Source of the DNA: Thermotogota bacterium
GTDB taxonomy: Bacteria; Thermotogota; Thermotogae; Petrotogales; Kosmotogaceae
Assembly: GCA_034660555.1 (NCBI GenBank)
Contig: JAYEJL010000165.1
Coordinates: 48,161-112,160, forward strand
DNA: 64,000 nucleotides
Direction: 5' to 3'
Shown here: in pieces, positions 20,855 to 31,474 of the stretch
How positions within the stretch are numbered: the stretch's first letter is position 1
Layout of the letters: the number at the start of each line of letters is the position of its first letter
Notes under the pieces: model-generated
What the model was told of the DNA's origin: nothing
Databases searched by the model: none
What the model saw: only the letters and a program-made list of their open reading frames with translations
Program-made: the position numbers and the translations under genes

Positions 20855-21624
20855 AGAAACAACCTCCCACTTAAATGCTTAGAAAGGATTTTTAAGTACT
20901 CTTCAGAAGAGGGATTCCCCTGTATTGAAGAAACTCTGCTGGAACCAATAAAGGCATTTTCTGTACTTGATCTCATGTGTGTTGGAGTCACCCTTCTTTT
21001 ACTTTTACTGAGGTCAGCCCAGGTTTCATGTTTTCCATACTTCGGAAAATTTCTTGGAGTAGATATAATGCTAGATATCATTATTCTTTGAAAACCTTCT
21101 TCATAATAACCGATTTCTACAACATAGTTGGCCCCGGCAAAATCGACTTCAAAATACCAGTTTCCAGGGTAAGAGTTTATTGAAGCCTCTTTTGTTAAAT
21201 TGGCATTGTTGCCATCGAAAATTATATTTGTTACATCATGTAATCTAAGTTTGAGCTCGAATTTTTCAATCTTCTTTTTTGTATCAACTGAAAAATCCCA
21301 GTAGACATAAACCCATTGTGGATTTATGGGAAGAAGTACAATTTTGTCTTTTTTATAGCTATCTGGCAAATCATATGCTTCTGGTTTAGAATGAATTTCG
21401 TGCTTTTCTTCATGTTTCTTCAGAACAGTTCCACTTGATGGTACTTCCTTATAAGTTTCATTTTTTCCGTTATCTATTTCTTCTGCCTTTTTCTTCAAAA
21501 TCTTCACAAGATCACGCTTTTTCATGGTTCTTCTAAGCTTTAGCCCCAGCGATTTAGCGAAACTCCTAAGTTCTTGTATTGTAGGTGAAGATTCCAAAAA
21601 CTTGAGAATCTTCCTATTTTCCAC
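20851..21624 (-). CDS. DUF4912 domain protein with Rho-N-like N-terminus
   Basis: ELRSFAKSLG helix pair; LPDSY..DKIVLLPINPQWVYVYWD; usual GH57 partner. Confidence 0.8.
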   Translation of the reverse strand: MENRKILKFLESSPTIQELRSFAKSLGLKLRRTMKKRDLVKILKKKAEEIDNGKNETYKEVPSSGTVLKKHEEKHEIHSKPEAYDLPDSYKKDKIVLLPINPQWVYVYWDFSVDTKKKIEKFELKLRLHDVTNIIFDGNNANLTKEASINSYPGNWYFEVDFAGANYVVEIGYYEEGFQRIMISSIISTPRNFPKYGKHETWADLSKSKRRVTPTHMRSSTENAFIGSSRVSSIQGNPSSEEYLKILSKHLSGRLFL

Positions 21625-21715
21625 CTTTTATCCCTCCCATTTATATGTGTTCCAATCATAACATTTAAAAATTAGAGTTTACCACTGCTAAGACTGAATT
21701 AATTATAATGATTCA

Positions 21716-23038
21716 TTATTTCTTTCGTTTGCTGTTATTTCCTTGCTTATATAACCCAAATCGTTCTCGGTTATCAACTTTTTTTCTTTTCAACATATCC
21801 ATAAGATATTTGGAAGCTTCTTCCAAGGGAATATTCTTTTGCTCACCAGAATTCATGTTCTTTATTGAAATCTCGCCAGACTTTATTTCATTTTCTCCTA
21901 ATATTATTGAAATAGGGGTACCAATGCGAGAAGCGTGTTTCAACTTGTTACCTACATTTCTATTGACTACATCTACAAAAACAGAAAAATCCTTTTCTCT
22001 CAAATACTCAGCAATTTTAAAGGACTCCTTTTTTGCCATTTCATCAATTGCAAGAACCGCGATATCAGGTTTTTCCTTGTTTTCAGGAGCAATCTCCTCT
22101 TTTTTGAGCAATAGAATTATTCTGTCCAGTCCAGCAGCAAAACCAACAGCTGGTACGCTTTTACCTCCTATTTGTTCAATGAGACAATCATAACGGCCTC
22201 CCCCAAGAATCTGATCCTGCCCTCCAAGCGTGTTTGATCTTATCTCAAAAGCAGTTTTTGTATAGTAATCAAGCCCTCTAACGAGTGATTCATCTATTGT
22301 AAAACTTATATCGTTTTCTTTCAGTAAATGAATGAGCTTATCGAAATGTTCTGAACACTCATCACATAAATAATCATGTATTGAGGGAGCTTTTTTCGCT
22401 ATTTCTCTATCTTTGTCGCAATCCAGCAATCTTAGTACATTTGTCTCGTATCGTTTTTTACAGTCATCACAAATTTTGTCAAACTTTCCAGAATAATAGT
22501 TCTTCAGTGCTTTACGGTATTCAGGTCTACATTTTTCGCAACCAACAGAATTGATAAGTAGCTTAAAATCATTTATCCCCAGTGCTTTAACAAAGCTCAC
22601 AGAAAAATCAATTATTTCAAAATCAGCTTCAGGATCCTCCGAACCCAATGTTTCTATTCCAAACTGATGAAATTGCCTCAATCGCCCCGCCTGTGGTTTT
22701 TCATACCTGAACATTGGTCCCACATAAAAAAGCTTTAAAGGTGAACCAAAATTAATGAACCCATTTTCAATATAAGCTCTCGCTATACTTGCAGTACCTT
22801 CAGGTCTTAGCGTAATTGACCTTCCACCTTTATCTTCAAAGGTGTACATTTCTTTTTGTACAACATCTGTATATTCTCCAACGCTTCTTTTGAAGAGCTG
22901 GGTTGCTTCAAAAATTGGGGTTCTAATTTCCTGAAACGCGTATTTTTTTGTTAAATCATAAATAATTTCCTCAACATAATGCCAGTAAGTTACTTCATCC
23001 ATATATATATCCCTTGTGCCTTTTATTCTTCTGATCAT
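21716..23038 (-). CDS. hisS: Histidine--tRNA ligase
   Basis: LRPEGTA, FRYEKPQAGRLRQFHQ, LVRGLDYY, GGRYD. Confidence 0.97.
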   Translation of the reverse strand: MIRRIKGTRDIYMDEVTYWHYVEEIIYDLTKKYAFQEIRTPIFEATQLFKRSVGEYTDVVQKEMYTFEDKGGRSITLRPEGTASIARAYIENGFINFGSPLKLFYVGPMFRYEKPQAGRLRQFHQFGIETLGSEDPEADFEIIDFSVSFVKALGINDFKLLINSVGCEKCRPEYRKALKNYYSGKFDKICDDCKKRYETNVLRLLDCDKDREIAKKAPSIHDYLCDECSEHFDKLIHLLKENDISFTIDESLVRGLDYYTKTAFEIRSNTLGGQDQILGGGRYDCLIEQIGGKSVPAVGFAAGLDRIILLLKKEEIAPENKEKPDIAVLAIDEMAKKESFKIAEYLREKDFSVFVDVVNRNVGNKLKHASRIGTPISIILGENEIKSGEISIKNMNSGEQKNIPLEEASKYLMDMLKRKKVDNRERFGLYKQGNNSKRKK

Positions 23039-24542
23039 GTTTTATCGCCCCTTAACGGATTTTTTATGGCAAAACGTGCATCTTTAGCAATTTTTGTTAT
23101 TCCAAATATGATAACCAAGAATTCTAATCTACCCAAAAACATACCAGCGGTTTCTGTCCAGATAAGACCTAGGGGAGCATCCAGCCTGATGATTCCAACT
23201 GAAAGACCAACAGTACCTAAGGCAGAAGCAAACTCAAAGGAAGCGTCAGCAAGTGAATGCCCATATGACGCAACTATTCCTGTTCCTATACCAAAGGTTA
23301 CAAAATAAAGAGTAAAAATTACCAATATTTCTCTTATCAGTGATGGCCTTATATATTGCCTTTTTTCGCCTTTCCAGATCTCGGTTTGCACAATTGCATT
23401 ACGGGGTAAAAAGAAACCTTTGATCTCTGAAAAAATGACCTTAATTAAAGCAAATAATCTGAATTGCTTTAAACCACCGGAAGTAGAGTCCATATCTCCT
23501 CCAAAAATCATGAGAAGCGTGAGTAAATATAAACCGGTGTGAAATCCATTTGAACACCACCATGAAACAACTACCGTATTGAAACCCGTACCTGTGAGAG
23601 CCGATATTCCCTGAAATAAAGCGTGTCTAAAAGCTTCACCAATTCCCGAAAATATCATTGCAAAGGTTGTCACCAAAAGCAATGGCGTAAAAATGACTAA
23701 GATAATCCCCATAAGCTTTGGTTCTCCATTCTTCCAGAATGCTTTGAAATTACCCTTCCATAAGTGTAGTATATACCAAAACCTGTTGTTCCAAGGAACA
23801 TCAAAATGATTGTAACGATCTCTATAGGTATACTATTAAATCCGCCTATTGAACTTGAATGAGTAGAAAAACCTCCCGTAGCAAGAGCAGTAAGTGAATG
23901 ATTAAATGCATCAAAGCTGTTCATTCCTACTACTAAATAAGCAATAAAGCCCGCAATAGCATAGCTAAAATAAATAACAAGAATTCTACGAACTGAACTT
24001 CTCACATTGGGTACAAGATTATCTATTCTTCCCTCAGCGTGATATAAACCAAATCCCCCCGGACCCGCTATAGCTGACATCATTATTATTGCAAAACCTG
24101 CACCACCCGTGAACTGAAGGATACTCCTCCATACAAGATATATTTTTGGTATTGTATCCTCATTGACCATTGTTAACCCCGTCGTAGTCCACCCCCTTGT
24201 CGATTCAAATATCGATTGAGAAAAGTTCAGAATATCACCCAGATAGAAGGGTAAAGAAGAAAAAAAGATCCCGAAGGTCCATACAAGAACAACAATTATG
24301 GCACCTTCCTGAATGGTTAATGGGGTACCAGGTTTAACCTTATATGTTATCCCAAATGCAAGTCCAAATATCATAACTATTATGGCTGTATAAATAAAAG
24401 GTAGCATGTCGGAAAGCTGGCTTTCCGGATACCAGAAGAAAAAAAGCAACGGTAATGATATAACGATAGGGAAATAAGTAAAAAGTCTGCCAATGTAACC
24501 AAAAATAACTTTATAGCGTTCCTTCATTGTTAAGAGATACAT
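23035..24542 (-). pseudogene. trkH: TrkH potassium uptake membrane protein, frameshifted
   Basis: Two ORFs carry successive TrkH pore repeats (GWTTTG, ATGGFS, TGTGF, GTVGLS); adding one base at ACTTATGG (~23762) gives continuous ...YTLWKGNFKAFWKNGEPKLMGII. Confidence 0.85.
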
Positions 24543-25205
24543 TTAAACCTCTCCAAGCAAAACGGTGAAAACAGCTGATTGTACCGAGGGATCACTTAAC
24601 ACAATTAACGCGTCATCAGCTTCTATTGTCGTTTCACCACCTGGTATTATTACTTCGTCACTTCGAATGATGGCCCCTATTACGCTGTCTTTTGGTAATT
24701 CAAGATCCTTCAATGTTTTCGAAACTGCAGGTGAATCTTCATCCATTTCAACTCTGAACATTGAAAGTCGTTCAGAGTTTGGAATCAAGTTGGTTATTTG
24801 TTCCCTAAAAAGGCTATCTTCAATAGCTCTTGAAAGTATCTCCGTGGGACTGACAACAGCAGAAACCCCTATTTTTCTAAATACTTTTATGTTGTCAGGG
24901 TCGTTTACAAGTGCTATTGGACGATTTAATTTAAAGACTTTTTTCGCCAGCATACATGCAATCAGGTTATTCTGATCATTCGGTGTTAGCGCTACAAATA
25001 AATCATCAACATTTAATTCAAGCTGTTCCAGGACATGTCTTTTACTACCATCACCATTTATTATTGTGGCTTTTTTTAATCGTTTCGCGAGAACTTCACA
25101 AAACTCTTCATCTTTATCCACAATGGTTATTTGGTGCCCCTTATCCTGTAATCTGCGTGATAGATGATATGCCACTTCTGTACCAGCAATCAATACAATT
25201 CTCAT
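24543..25205 (-). CDS. trkA: TrkA family regulatory subunit (RCK N + C)
   Basis: IVDKD, GDGS, ALTPNDQNN, C-terminal TrkA-C domain. Confidence 0.9.
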   Translation of the reverse strand: MRIVLIAGTEVAYHLSRRLQDKGHQITIVDKDEEFCEVLAKRLKKATIINGDGSKRHVLEQLELNVDDLFVALTPNDQNNLIACMLAKKVFKLNRPIALVNDPDNIKVFRKIGVSAVVSPTEILSRAIEDSLFREQITNLIPNSERLSMFRVEMDEDSPAVSKTLKDLELPKDSVIGAIIRSDEVIIPGGETTIEADDALIVLSDPSVQSAVFTVLLGEV

Positions 25206-25654
25206 TCTTCATCACGCTCATTGAATCCTAATCTCTCTTCAATATTTTTAACTGCCAGCATTGTCTGACAGATTATTTCAGTACCAAATTCAGACAATAG
25301 CTCACTATTGTTAGGATCTGTAACTCTTGCAAGCACACAGGGCACATTATAATACTCTTTTGCCACCATTCCAATCATAACGTTCGTATTATCATCAGAA
25401 GTAAGAACTAGTACAAAGTCAGCCATATCAACCTTGGCTGAACGAAATGTTTCCAATTCTGTGGCATCTCCTGTTATTGTAAATCCTGTAAATTAATAAA
25501 GCAGAGATTGAAAAGCGACTTCTTCTCTATCAACTACAACTACACTATTGCCAGTTCCTGATAGCCAGTTGGCTATTCTAGAACCCAATCTGCCACACCC
25601 AAAAATTACAACATAATATCCCTTTTTCTTACTGGAGCCTCTTAAAATAGGCAT
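25202..25654 (-). pseudogene. trkA: Short TrkA-N (RCK) protein with internal stop
   Basis: From ATG 25654: MPILRGSSKKKGYYVVIFGCGRLGSRIANWLS...AFQSLLY*FTGFTITGDATELETF; in-frame TAA at 25493-25495. Confidence 0.85.
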
Positions 25655-25665
25655 ATTATTCTCTC

Positions 25666-26277
25666 CTAATTATTATCTTTTTCTTCTTTTTCCTCAAGAA
25701 GTTCTCTTGCTTCCTTGAAATTTGCATCCAGTGCGAGTGCTGCTTTAAGATACTTTATCTTCTTATCCTCACCTGAAACAAGAGCAAACAAATAATGAGG
25801 ATAAGGACTGTCTGGAAAATCCTTTATTAACCTTCTGATCTCCTTGGTAGCCTTGCTTATTTTTTCACCTTTTATCAATCTTTCAATCTGTCTGACTCTT
25901 TTTTGGAGTCCTTCTTCAGCTCTTACACAATTTTCAAAGGCTTCGGTTAATTCTTGTGGCGCGAAAGGTTTGGTGATAAAATCACAAACCCCCATAATAA
26001 AAGCTTTTCTGATTATATCTGGCTTATCTAGTTCTGTAACTACAACAATTGGAAAAGAGCAACCCAATTCTTCAAGCTTTTCAATGAAGCCGAAACCATT
26101 CATCTTGGGCATTTTCAGATCTAAAAACATCAGTTCCGGTCGATCACCTTTCTTTATGCTATCAAGTGCTTCTTCAGATGTTGCGAATGTATATGCGTCA
26201 TGCCCTTCTTTTGAAATAATATTTTTAATAAGCCTTCTTACATTTATCTGGGCATCTACTATAAAAATGTTAGCCAT
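25666..26277 (-). CDS. Response regulator (receiver plus TPR-like tail, no DNA-binding domain)
   Basis: FLDLKMPKMNG phospho-Asp, VVT, ITKPF; helical C-terminus. Confidence 0.85.
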   Translation of the reverse strand: MANIFIVDAQINVRRLIKNIISKEGHDAYTFATSEEALDSIKKGDRPELMFLDLKMPKMNGFGFIEKLEELGCSFPIVVVTELDKPDIIRKAFIMGVCDFITKPFAPQELTEAFENCVRAEEGLQKRVRQIERLIKGEKISKATKEIRRLIKDFPDSPYPHYLFALVSGEDKKIKYLKAALALDANFKEARELLEEKEEKDNN

Positions 26278-26322
26278 AGGGCTATCCTCCCAATTGCATT
26301 CAGATCAAGTAATTATAGTTTT

Positions 26323-26706
26323 TTAGGTGAATTGTTTTCTTATTCGCAAATGTATGACCAAAGTTATCACACTGCCAATTATAACTGAAAGATTGAATGA
26401 ATCAACAGAAAAATGAAAATCCTGTTCTAAATAACCAGATAACAAGCTTCCAAGAAGTATCAAAAAATTGAATAAGCCCAACAAAGAAGAAAACATGGTA
26501 CCAATAAGAAGATGTGCTGCCCTTCTTTGTGGTTTTTCAAGACTTTCGCGAAGTCCAAAGAAGTAGATACCTGCACCTACACCAAGTACAAGTCCAAAGA
26601 TTATATCCTGTTCAGCATAAATAAGTCCTGTCAATGTGTTTAAAGCCATTAATGGATAAAGAATACTAAATATCCATAACCAACTGTTTATTACTTTTAT
26701 GTTCAT
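26323..26706 (-). CDS. Hypothetical membrane protein
   Basis: Four hydrophobic segments; start overlaps the reconstructed feoB stop (ATGA). Confidence 0.65.
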   Translation of the reverse strand: MNIKVINSWLWIFSILYPLMALNTLTGLIYAEQDIIFGLVLGVGAGIYFFGLRESLEKPQRRAAHLLIGTMFSSLLGLFNFLILLGSLLSGYLEQDFHFSVDSFNLSVIIGSVITLVIHLRIRKQFT

Positions 26707-28677
26707 ACAAACAATCTCCCTGCAAGAGATATTAACAAAGCTACTATATAAGTTAATGAGAAACTATAAACTACTGATAATACAAGATATCTATTTTCCC
26801 GTTTCATTTTTCAAAACTATAAGCATTGGCAAACAAGGCACATAAAGCAGAACAAACATCAAAAAAGCCAGTGCGTTAAACTGAGTCAAACCGGATTTCA
26901 TAAGTTCAGCAGCTGCTGAAACGCCAGCCTGTGCAGATAATGTTAAAGTAGAAAGAGTTGAAACAATTACTTCTTTTGCAGCAACACCAAAAATCAATGA
27001 AGTTACCATTTCCCATGTAAAACCTATTGGAGCAAATATTGGCTCCAAAAAATGCCCTATTTTTGCAGCAAAGCTTTCTGTAATATTTCCCGGTACAGGA
27101 TAGTAAGACAAGAACCAGATCACTATCGAAGCTATTAAAATAATACTCCCAGCTTTTTTTTAGAAAATGTTTTCCTCTATTCCATGTATATTGAATCAGA
27201 GATGAAATTTTTGGGGTTCGATATCTTGGCAGTTCCATAATCATCGCAGGTTTGCCTTTAAACAACAGTTTATTTATAAATATTGATGAAACAGCAGTTA
27301 TAAATATGCTGAACAGATAAATCGAAAAAATAACTATCCCCGCTCTGGCACTAAAAAAAACACCTGCAATCATTATGTAAACTGGTAATCGAGCGCTACA
27401 GCTTATAAAAGGGGATACTATAGCCGTAACAATTTTTTCCTGTGGCTCACTTATCGATCTCGTAGACATTATTGATGTAACATTACATCCAAAACCAAGT
27501 AGTAAAGACATAAAGGAACGTCCACTCAACTTTAACGTGTACATGGCTTTATCAACAACAAATGCGGCTCTTGGGAGATAACCAGATTCCTCCAGGATAC
27601 CCATTATCAGGAACAAAATGAAAATATTTGGAGCAAAAACAAGAACAGCTACAACGCCACCAACTATTCCTTCACTCAAAACATCAGCCAGCCACTTAAT
27701 ACTTATAAGTCCATCAATAAAAGAACCAAGAACGCCCAAACCTTCTTCTATCATTAACGCAAACGGCTCACCAAAAGTAAATGTAATTTCAAAAACAAGA
27801 TACATAAAGGAAAAAAATATGGCCAGTCCAAGATACTTGTGTGTAAATACATGGTCCGTTGCCGTATTAATTCCCCACTTCTCTTTTCCTGGCTTTTTAT
27901 AGGATTCTTTCAAAATATACTTGATGTGTTCATATCTCAGCTGTGAAATTTCGCTTGAGAAGTTGCGCTTCAAATTGATACCTGTAAGCTTACAGATCTC
28001 TTCATCACCTTCCAGCACCTTAATAGATAACCACCGACTGTCATAATCCTTCAGTTCTTCCTTATTTCTAAAAATAGAAGAAAGTTCTGTTATCTTATTT
28101 TCTAATTCTTTGCTAAATATATGATGTACATGAGAACTGCCTATACTGTACTTAAATATACCTTTTACAAAATCTTTTACTCCCTCACCCGTATAGGCTG
28201 ACATTAGGAAAACAGGAATGCCCAGGTGCTGCCGAAGTTCCTCTGGATCAATGAAGATATTCTCTTTCTTGGCTTCATTTAATGAATTGATCGCGAGTAT
28301 GACATCTCCTCGCATTTCAAGAACCTGAAATAATAGATAAAGGCTCCTCTCCAGTTTAACCGCATCGGCAATAACTACAACTATTTCAAGTTCTTCCTCA
28401 ATAAGATAATCCCTGGTAATCTTTTCATCAAGGCTGTTTGCTCCCAAAGTATATGTGCCTGGTAAATCAACTACTTTAAAGGACCTGTTTTCTTTTTCCA
28501 GCTTACCAACGCGTTTCTCCACAGTTACCCCTGGCCAATTTGCAACGTATTGCTTCATACCGGTCAACAGGTTAAACACACTTGTTTTACCTACATTAGG
28601 GTTACCAAGCAGAGCAATGGTTCCAGTATATATTTTAGTTTCTGATTGTACAGCATTTTTTTATTTTTTTCTTTCAT
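26703..28677 (-). pseudogene. feoB: Ferrous iron transporter FeoB with three frameshifts
   Basis: G1 LGNPNVGKTS, NWPGVTVE, DLPGTY, LEESGYLPR, GFGC, SCSARLPVY, AKEVIVST; frameshifts in A7 runs near start (~28656-28670), A8 at 27154-27161 (HFLKK/AGSII) and ~26793 (ETGK/RYLVLSVVYS...GRLFV*). Confidence 0.88.
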
Positions 28678-29125
28678 AACTGCTTTCTCTCACAAAAATC
28701 TTTTTGTACTTTCCAAAGGGTAACCAAAATTTTCCTTTATTGGTTTCGATAAATTTCCTATTTACATGGGACACCAGTACTCTTATCCTGCTTCCCGGGC
28801 TTATTCCCATCCTGTCGACATTTTCTCTAAATCGATAACCGCCACTTAAAAAATCAACAACATGTTCCCCTCTATGGGCAACCGAAAGATTTGTTATGTC
28901 ACTCTCCACAGAAATTTCTGACGCCTGCGAATCACGAAGTGTTATTTCCGTACCTTTGATTCTGTAAACGGTAGGATCACCCAGCGGGGCTTTTCTTACA
29001 ACTTCAACCTGCTCTCCAGGAACAAACCCAAGACCATACAGTCTTTCTGTAAACCTGTCAGGTAGATCTATTTTTATTATTTTCCCTTTTGCTCCTGCGG
29101 GAAGTTCAGATAAAGGACATATCAT
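28661..29125 (-). CDS. feoA: Tandem FeoA-domain protein
   Basis: RLYGLGFVPG..V.VVRKAPLGDP plus second domain RMGISPGS. Confidence 0.9.
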   Translation of the reverse strand: MICPLSELPAGAKGKIIKIDLPDRFTERLYGLGFVPGEQVEVVRKAPLGDPTVYRIKGTEITLRDSQASEISVESDITNLSVAHRGEHVVDFLSGGYRFRENVDRMGISPGSRIRVLVSHVNRKFIETNKGKFWLPFGKYKKIFVRESSYERKK

Positions 29126-29134
29126 AACATCACC

Positions 29135-29157
29135 TTATTGAGATTTATTCTCAATAA
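29135..29157. promoter_or_regulatory. Fur-like iron regulator box upstream of feoA
   Basis: Perfect inverted repeat TTATTGAGA-N5-TCTCAATAA next to the feoA RBS. Confidence 0.7.
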
Positions 29158-29195
29158 TTTTATCACACTCTCTAATGGTTAAACAGTACATAAAC

Positions 29196-29225
29196 AAAAA
29201 AGGGGACTATAAAAGTCCCCTTTTT
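29196..29225 (-). terminator. Terminator after groEL
   Basis: AAAAAAGGGGACT/AGTCCCCTTTTT symmetric hairpin. Confidence 0.85.
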
Positions 29226-29249
29226 AACAAGTTGTCACCTTTTATTTAT

Positions 29250-30881
<1,632 letters not shown>

Positions 30882-30891
30882 CTACCTCCTT

Positions 30892-31161
30892 TCAGTCCTC
30901 AAGTTTTGCCAGAACATCGTCCTGATCAATAATAATATAATCTTCTTCATCAATCTTCAGTTCAGTACCTGCGTACTTGGAAAAAATCACCTTGTCCTTT
31001 GGTTTTACATCAAGGTCTTCAACTTCTTTTCCAACCTCAAGTACCTCAGCTTTCATAGGTTTCTCTTTGGCTGTTTCGGGTATTACTATACCCCCTTCAG
31101 TCTTCTTCTCCTCTTGAATAGGCTTAATTAACAATCTCGATCCTAATGGAATGACTTTCAC
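30892..31161 (-). CDS. groS: Co-chaperonin GroES
   Basis: PLGSRLLI, KTEGGIVIPETAKEKP, FSKYAGTE. Confidence 0.97.
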   Translation of the reverse strand: MKVIPLGSRLLIKPIQEEKKTEGGIVIPETAKEKPMKAEVLEVGKEVEDLDVKPKDKVIFSKYAGTELKIDEEDYIIIDQDDVLAKLED

Positions 31162-31192
31162 GATGAAACCTCCTTTCGATATTCAAATTTTT

Positions 31193-31219
31193 TTAGCACT
31201 CTAACCTTAAGTCTGCTAA
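31193..31219. promoter_or_regulatory. CIRCE element (HrcA operator) of groESL
   Basis: TTAGCACTC-N9-GTCTGCTAA versus consensus TTAGCACTC-N9-GAGTGCTAA. Confidence 0.88.
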
Positions 31220-31474
31220 TTTATATAATAAAGCAAGATAATACATTCTTCAATAGGCAAATTTTACAATTAACAAAAACTTCAATTTAATATTAGTGAA
31301 GAAGAACGTTTATAATCATTTTACTAACCATTAGACCCTATAATTTTCGTTTACTCTCCTTTTCTAGTCTACTAGAAATTTAACCGGTAATTTTACAATT
31401 TAATTTTATGATTCTTTCTATTATCGTATAATTGTAACAACTTATATTAATCCTTTTAGAGAGGAGAATATACG

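Noticed and set aside
26703..28677. Programmed frameshifting or phase variation of feoB
   Set aside because: Three independent shifts in different directions, one outside a long homopolymer, would all need correcting
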